A stretch of DNA of 64,000 bases from the NCBI GenBank assembly GCA_002633005.1, contig NMRA01000766.1, forward strand, positions 1 to 64,000, in the 5' to 3' direction. Position 1 is the stretch's first letter, and each line of letters starts with the position of its first letter. A model generated the notes under the pieces. It was not told the DNA's origin and made no database searches. It saw nothing but the letters and a program-made list of their open reading frames with translations. The position numbers were made by a program, and so were the translations under genes. This document shows positions 38,911-52,533 of this stretch, piece after piece. This DNA is from Phoronis australis. Its lineage: Eukaryota; Animalia; Phoronida.

Positions 38911-40008
38911 TTTAACGGTTGTTCTGTTTCCCCAACATTTAATTTTGGGAGTACTTTCCAGCAGACCATTGTTCAATTCGAGTTACAGTGGTCTATAATG
39001 CATTAGTTGGGTGTTCTTATGAAAGAAAAGCTGTTAGACTTCATGTCTCTGTTGACAACATAGGTTATTGCTTGAGTGTGTTGCCAGTGATGTGCTAGAG
39101 TAAAATACAAGCCTTGCAGTTTTATATTTTGTTGAAGATGGTTGAGGGGGTAACTTGAGTTACCTACAACTATGATGTGGTAAATATGCCAATTGTTCAA
39201 CAGTTCCAACAACACAGTCTCAGTAATGGACTTATAGTGCTCTCTATGGCTAGACATTAATTCTAATTTCAGTAAAAGAGCTTTAAAGTAAGGAGCCAGT
39301 ATGGCAACTGGCCAAAACAAGTTTGTTTTTGACGTAAGGCGGACTCATGGCAGATTCAGTGTGTACATTGGCAACATTTTTACGCTATTTTTTAAGCATT
39401 TCTTGTTGCCAAACTTCGTTATCATTCTGAGCCCACCTGTTCAGAATCCTCATGGAGTACCAGAACAATTGTCTTCTCAGCCAGAACCATAAACCCTTTT
39501 GTTAAGTTGTGTTTAGTTACACAGTCCAACTGGGACAGTGTTACCGACACCCATGATTTAGAACCACCTGCAAAATTCTGAGCCAGTACACCGACTATTT
39601 ATCCCCTCCTAGCCCAAAAATTATAATGTTACTACGTGTATTCAGAAAATATAAGATTTCCAAAATGTTACCAAAATGTTGGACATAGAATTGCCATGGC
39701 AATTTTTGTTGCAAAATTTTTTGAAGTTGCAACGCAGTAGTTTTATAGACTAGTAAAAATGTTGCAGTTTTGCCACATTCTGTTGTCATCAGACTGATCA
39801 TGTGACCTACCTGATGTCATGTGATGCAGGCGTAGACAACATGGCAGCCTTGGACATATGATAAGACCTTGTTAATTTGTTGCCTATTTATTAAGTGTTC
39901 ATAGGGCATGCTGCAAAATTGTTGGGAAAATGGTAGAGAAATGTTGTGAAAATTTTACCAGTGTGCAGCCTAGTTTAAGGCAACTCTTATTGTATACTTT
40001 GCTTTCAG

Positions 40009-40128
40009 ACCACATCTGAACAGTCTAAGAAGATCTATACTACCGGATGTGTACCAGCTGTATTGAACTTTGCGGAGGCCAATATTTACGTGATCGCTGG
40101 TGTAGCCATTGCCGTGGCTGTCCTACAG
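40009..40128 (+). CDS. TSPAN33: TSPAN33-like exon 6 (end of large loop, start of TM4)
   Basis: TTSEQSKKIYTTGCVPAVLNFAEANIYVIAGVAIAVAVLQ; IY..GC motif; CTTTCAG acceptor and GTACGT donor. Confidence 0.95.
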
Positions 40129-40518
40129 GTACGTAACGCGGAAAATCATTTCAACTTAAATGGCTGTTATTACCTTCACCTTGTATTCATAGAGATTGAG
40201 TCTTCATCATTATTGTTGACAAGGTTATAACTCTTTTCTTTTCTTTGTGAATATATTTGTTCCCAGTTTCAACAAGGATGCTTCTGTGTTATGTGCACAA
40301 TATTGCATTCATATTTTACATCTATTTTACTACATAAACAGTGTTTCCATATACCAATAAATATACTGGCATTTTATTGGAATTTTTGAAATCGGAGAGG
40401 AAATTTTTCTAGCCAGTTCTTGGGACTTGCAAACTATTGTTAAGTATATGGGTTTCAACTAAAACTTTTACGGTATGTTCATTTCGACCTTGTAATTACC
40501 GGTTCTTAAGGGATAACT

Positions 40519-40931
40519 CAGGGCTTGGAATTTTCCGCAGAAATGCGGATTTCCGCTTTTTTCAAATGTGCTTTCCACTTTTTTTATAATATTTCCGCGT
40601 AAAAAAATCGGATTTGATATAAAATTTCCGCGGCAAATTCCTTTCTTACCGCGGCGTTGCAGACGACGTTCACCTCGAAAAGCAGAAGTTGCTCTTTATG
40701 TTTCGGAGGAACGTAAATTGTCAAAATTGCCGGGGCATCTGGGACAGCGTGGTGGGATTTTCAATGGCGTCTCGTGTTATTGTTAAGCGCGGTGACAAAT
40801 ACNTTAGTCCTCCCGATTCTTGTCGGGGAAAGGTTCACATTGACCGTTTCAAGGCTGGTTATCGGGCATGATTTGGGCCGTAAAAGTTTCACAGTTTCCG
40901 CGTTTTTTGTCATTGGTCATTCCAAGCCCTG
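40519..40931. mobile_element. Non-autonomous DNA transposon with 13-bp TIRs and apparent 6-bp TSD
   Basis: ATAACT|CAGGGCTTGGAAT ... ATTCCAAGCCCTG|ATAACT; contains an N at 40803, so true length is uncertain. Confidence 0.85.
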
Positions 40932-41714
40932 ATAACTTCTCATGAAAATTTACGTGTAGTTTTTGCTATCTGTTTACTCTCTACTTATGTCACATCGATT
41001 TTCCATTCAAAGCTTTTCCTTGTTGATGATCAGACAGTTTTAAAAATCTATTCTTGAAAACATTGGTCTGGATATATTGATTTTAGTCTGCCTGGAATCC
41101 AGCCTAATGTTAACATTAAGCCAATAAGGTTAGTCAATTATGGCACATCATTTATGAGCTCAAGAGGCATTATCAAAATTTGAAGTACAGTACGAGACAG
41201 AAATTAGTCAGATAAATTATCGTTTTCTGTCATCGCAGTTAATTCTCACAGCAAAAATTACTAGTAATAATTGTTCAGTGTAGCAAAATTCTAATTACAA
41301 ACTTAAATGGCTTAGTCACCTTACAAACTTTCTTGTTAATTCTCCGTCATTCTCAGTCATCAGGGGAGATTACTCTGACGATAAATTTGGTTTCCGTACG
41401 GACGTAATGATGGGGGAAATTCCAGGTTACTTTGTCCGATTACTTATGGCATGTAATGTGGGAAGAGTCAGATTTTTTAGTTGGTATTCACTCAGTTGGA
41501 AGTCTTCTATGGCTAGCTTGTAATGATCACTTCAGTCAACTCATTTTCTAAGACCATTGTATGCTATGTATTTGTTTCATTATGCAGCTGACATATTGCT
41601 TACAACAATGTAAAGAGATGACAGGCTACACCAACGACATCTGTTGGCTCTCTGTGGAGTTGTTGCTAGTGGCAGAACAGTCCTAAGACAGGCTGTGTGT
41701 CGTTTCTGTTTCAG

Positions 41715-41795
41715 TTGCTTGGAATATTCCTGGCCTGGATGTTGGCTTCTCAAGTCCTGGAACAAACATTCAGACGCACAGTTTACGCGCCATAG
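41715..41795 (+). CDS. TSPAN33: TSPAN33-like exon 7 (end of TM4, C-tail, stop)
   Basis: GTTTCAG acceptor, LLGIFLAWMLASQVLEQTFRRTVYAP then TAG; completes a 275-aa 4-TM protein with 8 Cys in the large loop; all six introns phase 0. Confidence 0.92.
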   Translation: MLGIFLAWMLASQVLEQTFRRTVYAP

Positions 41796-44700
41796 ACTGG
41801 GTACAGCTTATGGTGATAATGGCCTTTAGGAGGCGCTGAACTCAGTTTTGTGTGTTAAAACCAGTTACTGCAAGATTGGCACATAATCTACAGAATAACG
41901 TCAGCTTCATTTAAATAACTGTAAAAAAATTGATTTGTAAATTGGACCGCGTGCCACGATTTTTCGTCTCTACATATTCCTCTGAAAGCAGCATCAGTGT
42001 CATCACATAAAGGGAGTAGGCTGGTTCTTGTCTCAACACTAGATGGAGTCAGTGCATTGTGCTGTGTAGCTTTTTAAATTGCGAAAAGTTCAATAGTGTG
42101 ATGTTGTCAAAGTTTAAAAAAATTGCAAGTGTATTTTAATTCCAATTCGAATGGATCTTATCTGCAACAAAAACCCCTGGTGGCCATTCTCAAAACTATG
42201 CGCTGATGCTTTTCCATGTAGTTAACTTTTTTGAATTGAACAAATTGTCAGCCATCAAATAGCTATTTTCAGAGGTTTATGTGATCCACTTGCAGTAAAA
42301 TGTGTGTTTGTGCGTGCAAACCTGAGTAAAGTGCATCTTGAAATCACTCATGTCGCATGAGCTTACAGTTACTATATCTGGAGGTGCTCTTCTAAATTGG
42401 AGCAGTGTTGATTCTGTGGTGTTGAAAGCAGAATATGCATTGCTCAAGTAGATTTAGCATCCAGGTAGTAAAGCTACTTTCAGATTAAAGTTTTTGTCAA
42501 ATTCTATACGTTGTTGCCTTCATTAGGGATTGGTAGTTTGGCATTGCTTATTATGTTATTTCAGTTGCTGAAAATTCGTGTTATTTTGAAAAAAATCATG
42601 GTAATGACATTCGATATTTAGATTGTGCTACCGACTTTTAAAACATATACCTTCATGTGTATTCACTGTGAAGGTAGGTCTTTCTAAACGTACCTTGGGA
42701 TATTTTTGCTTTTAAGCTCATGAGTGGTGAATGGTTTACACAATTTGTTGTCTAACAATTTTAGTTTATTTCAGTGGTCGTACTGGTCTCGTGATTATAA
42801 TTTCTCTCTCTTCCTGTTCAGTTTAACCGTTTAACATTTTCTTTAACCAGGTAACCCTGTTTTTAGTTGCCTCACAGCTCCTGTACTCGTATGACCTCTA
42901 TCCTTGTGGTGTGGTGTTTTCTTTAGACAGTTGACTCGGTTGAAAGAATTTGTGTTGTTTTTAAATAACAGTGACTGGAAGAATATTGTAGCATTATTTA
43001 AAGAGTGCGCTCTTCTCCCACTGACTGTGTAACGTTCTTCTTCTGTTTTGTGATCAACAGTTCCAATTTTTCTTATGAATAATTTGAGACACGTTTTGTT
43101 GAATACAACGTTCCATTTGTTTTAATGTCCTACGAGAGACGATGTACCGAACAATTGTGCTGTATGTTATCTCGTTATGCGCTTTGAATATGAAGCCTTA
43201 ATATTGACATTTTGTGCTTTCTTCACTGTTAAAGGGCTGGGTCATCATTTACATCAACTGACGTCTGACGTGACATCAGCCTGTCGCCAATTAGAGTGTT
43301 TATTTCTAAAGACCATTAAAAATAAGGATTCGTGTTCAAGAAAACTTGTCTCAATGAAAATTTCCTGCGGAGATTCTCGTGAATTATTTAAGAATGAAAA
43401 TGAAAAACAAAATGCACAGGTATCCTGCCAAACAAGAATCTGTCAACTGTGAAAGGTTGTCTGTTATTTTGAATGACAGATTCTCGCAAGTTGAGCTTAG
43501 AGTTACGCTTGATACAATGGCCTATTAAAATTTCTGCATATTTTATCGCTTTTTCTTTTCATCTAACTAAAATTAAAATTACATGCACCATCTAACAGGT
43601 ATATCCTCAGGCCTCACCTTACTTGACATAGTGGGCTTTTGAGTTTTCTGCCTATTCACATTTCCAGCTTATACTATATAGTACAATTTGCAAATATTGT
43701 GTGGAACAGGTAGCATTACTATTTGCCAACTGTCTTCAGATGCATTCACTGAATGGAATGTCTTCTGTTTGGTGCCATATTTGCGTCACTCCATTGGTTA
43801 ACTGATGAGCTTGGCAAAAAAACAAGCTTTTCGCATTTTCAGTTTACACTATTTTTAATAAGGTTTGTATTGTGGTGCATATTGATACAATTGACAGTTT
43901 TCAGTTTCTGTCATTTACTTATAACTGGAACAAAACAGTTTCTAATGACAATCAGTGTGTCACAGTGTATGCCCCTAAGTGTCCCCTTACTAACAAATTT
44001 GAATTAGTAATTGATATATGTTTTCATTTTTCATACGAAGGTATAAAGTTGGAAAATTTCATTTTATGATTTGATGTGCAAAGGCAACGTTTTAGCGTGT
44101 GCTACTTTTTCTTGAAGAGCTAAAACATTAAAGAAACCTGTGTTTTGGAAACTTTTTAGGAGTTTGGGATAAAGCCTGACAACTACTGTAAACAACGAAG
44201 CAATAAATCTCTGTTATTCTTGGACTTTGAGAATTCAGCATAAATTAGTGGGTTCACAAATGTCTGCCTGTGTATACCCGAATTATCTCCCATGACAGTT
44301 GTGAGTGTGGTGATGCATTTGTATTTCACATCAGCTATTTTTATTCTTCCAGCTGGTGGGTATACTCTTAGCATGTCAGCTTAAGGGTCAAGTTGAAGAT
44401 CAGTTGTCAAGGTGGAACTTTGCCGCATACCGCTGAATTTTTTCGCTGTGACATTAACCGAGGAAAAGATTGAAGTTCACCATATGGCGCTAGTGGAACG
44501 ATGGTGCTGCCTGTGAAATCTCTGAGTTCTGGTAGCCTGAGTGTGTCCCACACGTGCAAACGGCATTCATTTCTTAGTCTGTTCAAATTATGTCTTCAAT
44601 AGCACTGGCGAGTGAATTTTGAGTATCCTAGTGGTTTTGTCATTCTGTTGTACATTATAGTGTAATTAGGATTCACTAAGGCAATTGCAGTACATGTAGC

Positions 44701-47214
44701 TTTCTGCATTGGTTCTACAGGAAACCCTTAATTGTCTAAGATTTTATCAATCTAACGTGGTAAAAATATCGGCATCAAATTAATTGGGTTAGGTTTCATT
44801 TTAACTTTCTAAATGCAGGTAAAAGTAACAAGTTAAAAATGTTATTATATGTTGCCTAATTATGTAATCTTGAAGACTCTTTAAGAGGAGAAAGAAGTAT
44901 GATTTTAGTGTTGAGTTTGTCTACGAGATCATGTAAAAAGTATTATGAAGCTGTTGATTGTTTTGCTTTTTTGTAAATGATGCGGGTTAGAAGTGACTAT
45001 CGTGTCAAGATTAAATCTGGCTAAGAATAGGCATTATCATGAAAAACATCGTCTTTGTCTGTTATTTAACGGTTAAAGGCTGTGTCTAATTTGTATTTGT
45101 TGCAAAGTACTTAGCTTCTTGTGTGCGTGCGTGTGTCTCTCATTTCAGATTTAACGTTTTGCTTCAATTCTGTTAAAAAGCGTGTTATGAAGTTAATTGT
45201 TTTTAATTTATAAGTGGACGAAGTAGCATAATGTTTTTGCACATTAGCCTAGTATGAATATGAGTTCTGTTACAGTATTGGTCAAAGCCAAGGCCTCTGT
45301 ATAGTTTGTTATTGTATATGTATTGCTTGTTCTATGTGGCACTTTTACTCTTATGCCAGTACTTAAACTGGCTGATTGGAATATTTGACGTTTTTGTTGT
45401 TGTTTAAATGAATGTCGGTCTGGGTAAATATTTATACTGTTCATTGATGTGTTTATACTAATGTAAAACTCGCGCTAATCAGATTCATGCTAACCAAGAG
45501 ATTCTGACGCAATAGTGTGGCATCTGACTCATCTGGGTCCCGCCACATGAATAGTGACTCATGATGAGTTGGTCTGAGTTAAGACCAATATTCAGGCAAA
45601 GTTAACTCTGGTGATAAATATTTGAAAAACAACGTTTCATGAACACAAAGTCAGTTTTCGTCTATGACTAACTTAGACCGAAATTGAAGCAGTTTTCACC
45701 GCAGTTGACCACTCTTTACTATACTTTTGCCACCTTTTGCAGATTTGTGAAAACTAATCGAGGTGATGAAGTGAAATCCAGTTTAAGAATATCCGTGGTA
45801 CTTAAACTCTGAATTGACATTTATTTACATTTTTCGTTTATTAACACTGGCCACAAGTACAATTCCATTCTCCTTAACTTGAAAAGATGCTGGTATAGAT
45901 GTGCAGGGCTACTCGGGCTGCGCTGTCTTTGCCATGCTTTGCCAATTCCTAAATTGAAAGCAGACAGTCTTCACTTTGACGATGTTTGGGGTCATTAAAT
46001 TGTAAAACGCAGTGAAAAACAATAAACTAAATTAAATTTGTTCCTAAACAGCTTAAAGTGACGACAGTCATTTGTTTTTGTCACGTAGATAAAAATATGA
46101 TCTTAGGACTACTCCAATGCAGGCTAAGTTTCAATCTATGCTGAAACTGATTTTCAAAAACGAGCTAAGACAGATTGGTCTTGGAGCATCTATAAATCAA
46201 TTTTTGGTTTAGACCATTAATGTTATGAAATTGATGTTAAGTTATTCCTTTGTGACATTGGAGGTGATTTCTTGGCTTTGAAAGAGCTGGTGGCTCGTTA
46301 TTGCTTGGACCAGTTGGCTTGTCACGTGTGTTATTTTATGCGGTTAGCATGGTCCGGCCAAGGAAGAATGAACTGTCAGCTCTTTGCAAACTCAGGGATA
46401 AGTTAAAATCAATTTTACAGCAGTAAGGGGCCTATTGAATCAATAGATTGCTTCTTGCATGGAAAGGAAGTTTATAGCTGCTTCAAGTTAGCCCAATTAC
46501 AGTTTAAGATAATTACAAAAAAGTTTCATTAAACATACCCCTGTAGGACCAAGGACTGGAACAAGAATATGATAAGCCAAGAAGTTCTGCATGGTGGACT
46601 TGGGCAACTTATACTGTACTTGAAACTTCTACTTGGACATTTCAGGAAGGCAAATCTAATAGTTTGCTTGTTTAAATTGCATTTGCACTTGCCAACAGTC
46701 ATCTGTTTATTATGAATATTATGAAGTTACCAGGCCTTGTACTGTTGTAAATAAATCTTTATTTATCTTGTTATCAATGGATGCTGCCTGTTACAACAGA
46801 TTTAAGGGAGCTTTAGAAGGACGTGATAATTGTGTAGCCACATCACTGTGTCCTCCGCTAGAGGGCGAAGTAATCAGTAGTTATTGTGTGAGGACTTCTC
46901 AATGTGAGATTACCTCAAGATAGGAAATATCAAATCGGCCTTATGTGCCTGGTGTCTCGAAATGGTTTGAATTCTTACTCACACAGAGTGTGAATTTTTG
47001 TAATTTTTTTTGAAGATTTGTAGCATTATTAATATGTATAGAGTGAAATGGCCAATAATGCACAGTTTAATTTTTATAATGTATGAAGTTATCTTTTGCA
47101 TAAATTTTTGGGTGTCTAATTACAGTAGTCTTGTTTTGATGGAGGGGTATATTTGCACACCACAGTTCTGCTTGTATATTTGTACGTTTAAAGAATTCCG
47201 TCATCTATTTATGA

Positions 47215-47260
47215 AATAAACTTTATATTAACTCTCTTTTGGTGTTGTTTTTGTAGTTCA
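47215..47260 (+). terminator. Probable distal polyadenylation signal of the tetraspanin mRNA
   Basis: AATAAA at 47215-47220 followed by a U/GU-rich tract (CTCTTTTGGTGTTGTTTTTGT); another AATAAA near 46750. Confidence 0.55.
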
Positions 47261-49376
47261 GGTCATAGGGATCTTTCATTCTTTCTCATTTCATTGTGTG
47301 CACCCATGACAACCACACCAAATCGTCTTCAACCTTTTGGATTAACAATGATAATTATTTTTCAATAAACAGGTCATTGGAGTAGCTATAGGGGCTAGCG
47401 TAGATAGAAAGCTGCAAAACTGAGCAATTCTTACGTCCTTACCCGCCCACAGAGTGAGGCAAAACGCTCGCTTAGGTGACCTGTGAACTACCTTAGTAGA
47501 AAACATTGTAAACGTAGTGGACCTATGAACGTTGACAATGACAGAGATTTTCTGTTGTCAGATGAGGTAATTATTAACTTCCACTGATTATTTAGCCTAC
47601 CCTATCAGAGCTTGGGACCCGCACAGACGACTGAGCTGCGAGCTGAGCTGTCTTCCTCACGTGGACTTTAGCTCGGCGGCAGATCGATTGAGCGGGGAAA
47701 ACGGTCACTGACCAAGTATTCATTACGTTCGTAGTAAATGATCATGGTGCTCACACGGTAAGAATGAGTCAACAAGAGACATTTGTTGTCAGTGTCAGGT
47801 ACAAAAACCTCCCAGTATGTTTTTACTCCAGACGATGGCAGATATTTAATGAAGATCGAGTCACTAAAACCATTCATCAACGGGTACCCGAGATTGAAAA
47901 TCTAACGCATGTGTTTTGGCTAATTGTTCTACTTCTTCGGGAAAATGTCCTAATTTAAAACTGCCTTTAGTGCCGTGTTTAACAGGCTGAAAAGGAAAGT
48001 CGAATTGGGCCTTTTATTCTCACACTATCTGTTTCATAACCCTTTCCTTGATAGTAACTACTCTATTAACGTTACTCTGCCATTAGGGCGAGCGCAGACG
48101 AGGGGGCTCCAACATTGCTCAACCAGCTCTTGCCTCGCGTGTGAAGCAAAATGAACCGTGAGGATTTTGCTTTGCAAGGTGGTGAGATGAATGTACCACT
48201 TGGTGACTTATACAATGGTTTTGGCCATACAATGTCCAGTTCCGACATTCCTCAACAACCCAGCATCCAAGTCAAAGATTTTATAGTATCTTTGTCCAAG
48301 TGTACATATGTGCCCTCGTATCACTCGCATGTATACGTGGCTCACTCCCGGAACCAAGATTAAAATATGAGTAGAGAAAAACTGCACAAAAAGAAGAGGC
48401 TAAACGAGGTAATTAAGTTCAATGTATTTATCTCCACTGTGGGAAAGACCTGTGTTTAGTGCTGATCCTGTAGTGGAAAGCAGTAAATAAGGGTCTTGAT
48501 TGTTGAAACCAGGGAAGATGGAACATTTTATTCTCCATCATGACAGAAGCCAACATTCTTAGCAGGGCAATAGATTTTTTCAACTGTGTTTTGGTAGTGT
48601 ATAATAAACTTTAAAGGAGGCGGACATTAATTGCGACAATCCGTGTCTAAGGAAAGCCATAGATCTTTTAAATCATGGCGATGATTTTTTGTGCAGGAAA
48701 TCAATTTGAAAGTTGCATAGGAACATATCTATTTGCACACGAAGTGTTGTTTTTTAATTCGTTTCCACGTAAGACTCCATTGAGAACAATGAACTGGCAA
48801 CGACCCGCAACATTGTCGAAATCATTTTTATTGATGATAAAGTCATTATCTTTAACACAAGTTAAAATTTCCTTCCCGTCAAAATAACATCATTATTTAT
48901 CCCCTTAGAGCGTCATACTTTGAAGAACCATTAGAGTATGATAGAAAGTGCTGGGAAACCTGTCAAGTTATTTAAGTGTAATAAATTTGACCATGAATAA
49001 TTGTTACTCATTAGCGGCGGGACAACTTGTATAAGCAGGGCAATGAAGTCGGGGGTATTTTTCGAGTTTCAGTTTCCAATTTTGAAGATTGCGAACAAGA
49101 GCACCATCAAAACAAATTCAGGCCCACATTTGGATGAAAATAACTATTTAATGATCGCCAGAATTGATGCATTATTAGTTGTTTTCGCTGCAGAAACAAT
49201 ACAATTAACTTGCCCTTGTCGAATCCGTTTAAACCACCATTAAAAGCATCTGTCCAATACAATATATTCGTTTTTGCCGTCAGACATGCCGCTTAGAACG
49301 ATACCTTATAATTCTGCCATATTTTATTCGGTCCTTTTTATTCAGTTTACCACCAGATGTTGTCCACCAGTGGGTT

Positions 49377-49460
49377 GATATAAAGCTTGACTGCAAGGGA
49401 AATAGACTACACCTTCTTTTGTTTGTGTCGCGCGACGCAAACAGTTGACAACATTTTCAG
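49377..49460 (+). promoter_or_regulatory. Candidate TATA promoter and short non-coding first exon of the EGF/TSP1 gene; second candidate at 50345-50402
   Basis: GATATAAAG ~80 bp before a CAG|GTAAGA donor at 49460; CATAAAAG ~55 bp before a CAG|GTGAGT donor at 50402; the ATG exon at 51624 begins directly after an acceptor, so an upstream exon is needed. Confidence 0.45.
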
Positions 49461-49604
49461 GTAAGAAAATTTTGGAAATTTATCAATGTCATATGCGGCT
49501 ACATTCTTGCACATTTTTGCTAAGTTACGAAGTTGGTTATTTAGAAACTTCTTTTACTAGTGTCAACGCTCTTTGTTCTTATTCAGGCCCCCTACGAATT
49601 CTCC

Positions 49605-49857
49605 AGGGGCCCTTTCCAATAAACTGGCTTAAGTTCATTTTTGACTTAAGTCTAAGATTTGTCTCAATTTCTAAACTTTGAAGATTCCACATTCAGCAAG
49701 TTAGTCAAAACCAAGACAAAACTTAGTCAATAACTGAAGCCAAACTTTTAAAAGATCTCTTTCTTGAAATGGACCTGAGATTAATTTAAGTTTTATTTCA
49801 ATATTGACTGAAATTTAAGATTTGTCTTACTAAGTCAGTTTTCTTAGAACGGGTCCC
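49605..49857. mobile_element. PIF/Harbinger-like MITE, copy 2 (opposite orientation to 34216-34463)
   Basis: GGGGCCCTTTCCAA...TTAGAACGGGTCCC; reverse complement aligns with copy 1 (TAAGACAAATCTTAAATTT, TTCAAGAAA(A)GAGATCTT). Confidence 0.75.
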
Positions 49858-49931
49858 AGGACTTCTCGACTCTTCGTTACGTCTCAAATGCAGTCTTGTT
49901 ACGTCAAGCAGCTCTGACATAATCACACGTC

Positions 49932-49989
49932 GACGCGATGACACAGTTGTCAAAGGTGACGCGATGACACAGTTGTCAAAGGTGACGCG
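49932..49989. repeat. Perfect 26-bp tandem duplication
   Basis: GACGCGATGACACAGTTGTCAAAGGT twice, plus GACGCG. Confidence 0.9.
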
Positions 49990-50928
49990 TTTCAGATTCC
50001 GCAATCTAAAAAGTGGAGGCATTAGTGATTCCAATGATTTTTAAAACAGGGGCTTTCAATTTTCCCTTTTTACATAAAATGGTATTAAAATGCTGATTTC
50101 AGTGGAACATTAAATGGACCATTAAGGCCCATCTGCTGAGAGATGTACATTAATTTTACGTTTTCATGATTTTTAAGGGGTAAACATCAAGTGAAATAAT
50201 TATTTTGTGGTCATTATAGTCAAAGCTTTTGTGAATTTGATAAAGAAAATCCCGAATTCATACGGCACAATATTGCATTTATATTTATATTAATTGCTTC
50301 ATATATTGATGATTTAGCGGAAAATTTTGTTTAAAATTGTCCTTACATAAAGCGTCGCAGTCATTACCGTTCTACCTGGTGAGAGAGCCCAGTGCGTTTC
50401 AGGTGAGTACGAACTGATGTCAGTACTCCTACACTAATATCACAACTGCGTACAAAACTATTTTAGAAATTACATAATTTACGGGGACTTAGTGTGAAAC
50501 ATTCAGCTGTCTGTTTTATGAAAAGTGACTTGACTCAGAAATTTGGTTTTACGTTACACAACTATTTATCAAAAATTAATTAAATCTCATTTTAACAAAA
50601 AATCGAGTTTCCCCGGGAAACTAGGTCGCAAGACCGGTAGATAAGCGCATCTATTATTCACTTTGTTTTTCCTTCTTATAATGGTAAGCATCGGTAACCG
50701 GCTGATATGCGACCACGGTACGATATTCGTTCCAGCTGCACTGTTATATCCAACAAAGACGCAACAAAGGAAAACAATGGTAATGCCCCACAGGCGATAA
50801 CCATGCGACGTACTTAAGCCCGTCCAATGTATCTCGCCAGTTAAACAATAGCTTGCGACATCCATGGGACGCCATTTGGCATACCCATAACGGCTAGTTA
50901 CTGGGTGAATAAGTACAAATTATTTCTA

Positions 50929-51070
50929 GGCTGGGATGCGCCAATAATTACATGGCTAACAGTTTTTTCAGTAATTGAGAAGTAGGAGAGCAAGACCGAA
51001 TTTCCAACATTTAAGTCAATTTTCACGAAACACGCCCCCGTGAGTTAGTACTATCGGCGTGATCCCAGCC
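50929..51070. mobile_element. Small MITE
   Basis: TA|GGCTGGGATGCGCCAATA ... TATCGGCGTGATCCCAGCC|TA (TSD TA or CTAG). Confidence 0.7.
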
Positions 51071-51623
51071 TAGGAAGTTAGATATGATTGTGTTAATTAT
51101 ACGCAAATGCTAATAAATACATATTTTTGTCAAAATGCTGTTAAAAGACAAGGTTAAAAATATACTAATCATCACTTTCTCATATTTTAGTTAATTACAG
51201 TACAAACAGTGAAATATCCCAGTGATGTGAATTGCATTATCGTTTACAGGTATTAACTAAGTCCATCGTAGAACAGTGTGGGTTACCAGTTATGACATGG
51301 GATGTGTAAGCTTAGTATTGTTTGACACCAAGAAAGTTTATAATCACTTTAAGTACATCGTTTTGCACGATTCGACCTGTATTGTGACATGTCAACTGAA
51401 AATATATTGTTTTCGGGTCAATGCTCCGGACGATTTATTCCTTACAAATGCAAATTGCGTTTTTTGTGAAAAATCTATAGTGCTAGAAGCCTGTAGAAGG
51501 AGTGTTTGCAGGCTCCAATGACGTCACGGAACACATCTAACTAGCACTGTTATAAAAACCCAGTGGTAAGTAGAATTTTTCAGAATTTTTCTCCTGAATT
51601 GAACTTAAATGTTTCTGATTCAG

Positions 51624-51675
51624 ATGGACTGGAAGATTTTGCTGTTCTTGGTCGTGGTCTTCGGCTGTGCAACAG
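51624..51675 (+). CDS. Signal-peptide exon of secreted Cys-rich protein
   Basis: TTCAG|ATG MDWKILLFLVVVFGCAT plus G|GTACTG phase-1 donor; typical signal peptide. Confidence 0.8.
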
Positions 51676-52032
51676 GTACTGATTTTACGAGCTAGTGTTC
51701 TTTTAATCGTTTGCTTATTCACATCCGAACACATAACGACACACTTGCATAGGTGCTGCTAGTGTTCCTAAAAGCATCAGTTTGTGTTTGAAGATATTTG
51801 GAAGTCAATTTTATGAGTTCCTCACTCATTACCGGGTGTCATAAAGAGACGTTATCGGTTTTACTGCCAAAAAATCTCATTCTGGGATTGTTATTCTATG
51901 GATTAGACTTCTCGAAGCTTTTATCAGAGCTATAAAACAATAAAAAGATATGTTTCGTTTTCGTGATTTGATTACACTGAAATCGCCAACTCTTCTCGTT
52001 GTTTGCCAGGCAGCTGAAATCTGGTGGCTTAG

Positions 52033-52274
52033 CAGAGGCGGATCTACAGGGGGGGTTCAGGGGGTTTAAACCCCCCCCCTCGGGACAGGATCAAAAATAA
52101 AAACTGGAAAAAAAATCGCCAGAAAAACGAAATTAGCTACTAAAAATCCCAAAAAATTTTACACGACCGGGAGGAGGGAAACCCTCTCGCGACCTTCCTT
52201 CTCCTCGGTGCTACGCGCCTCGGATTCTCTCGAATCCTAAACCCCCCCTTACTGAAATCGTAGATCTGCCACTG
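52033..52274. mobile_element. MITE with CAG...CTG termini and 5-bp TSD
   Basis: CTTAG|CAGAGGCGGATCTAC ... GTAGATCTGCCACTG|CTTAG; G/C-run subterminal tracts. Confidence 0.9.
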
Positions 52275-52533
52275 CTTAGCCGTTACGCTAAAATTACTTC
52301 CCGCCGTTTATCGAGTGGGTTCAGTTTAGCTCCGTCAGCATATTGTCACTACTGAAATGCTGTCGGCAGATTCCATTCGGCGCTGAGCCTGAGTCAGGAA
52401 GTCACTTTTCTCGTCGATAATGTCATAATGTATTCTTTTAAATTTGAATATCTTATATAATACAATGTTCTGTTTCGCACTTGCAGACACGAGTTTTCGC
52501 CCAGGTTCCTAAGTTTGCTTTTATTACATTTAG

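Noticed and set aside
52487-52504. 18-nt microexon before the first EGF exon
   Set aside because: Weak donor (GTTCCT), the following intron would be only ~29 nt, and read-through hits a stop
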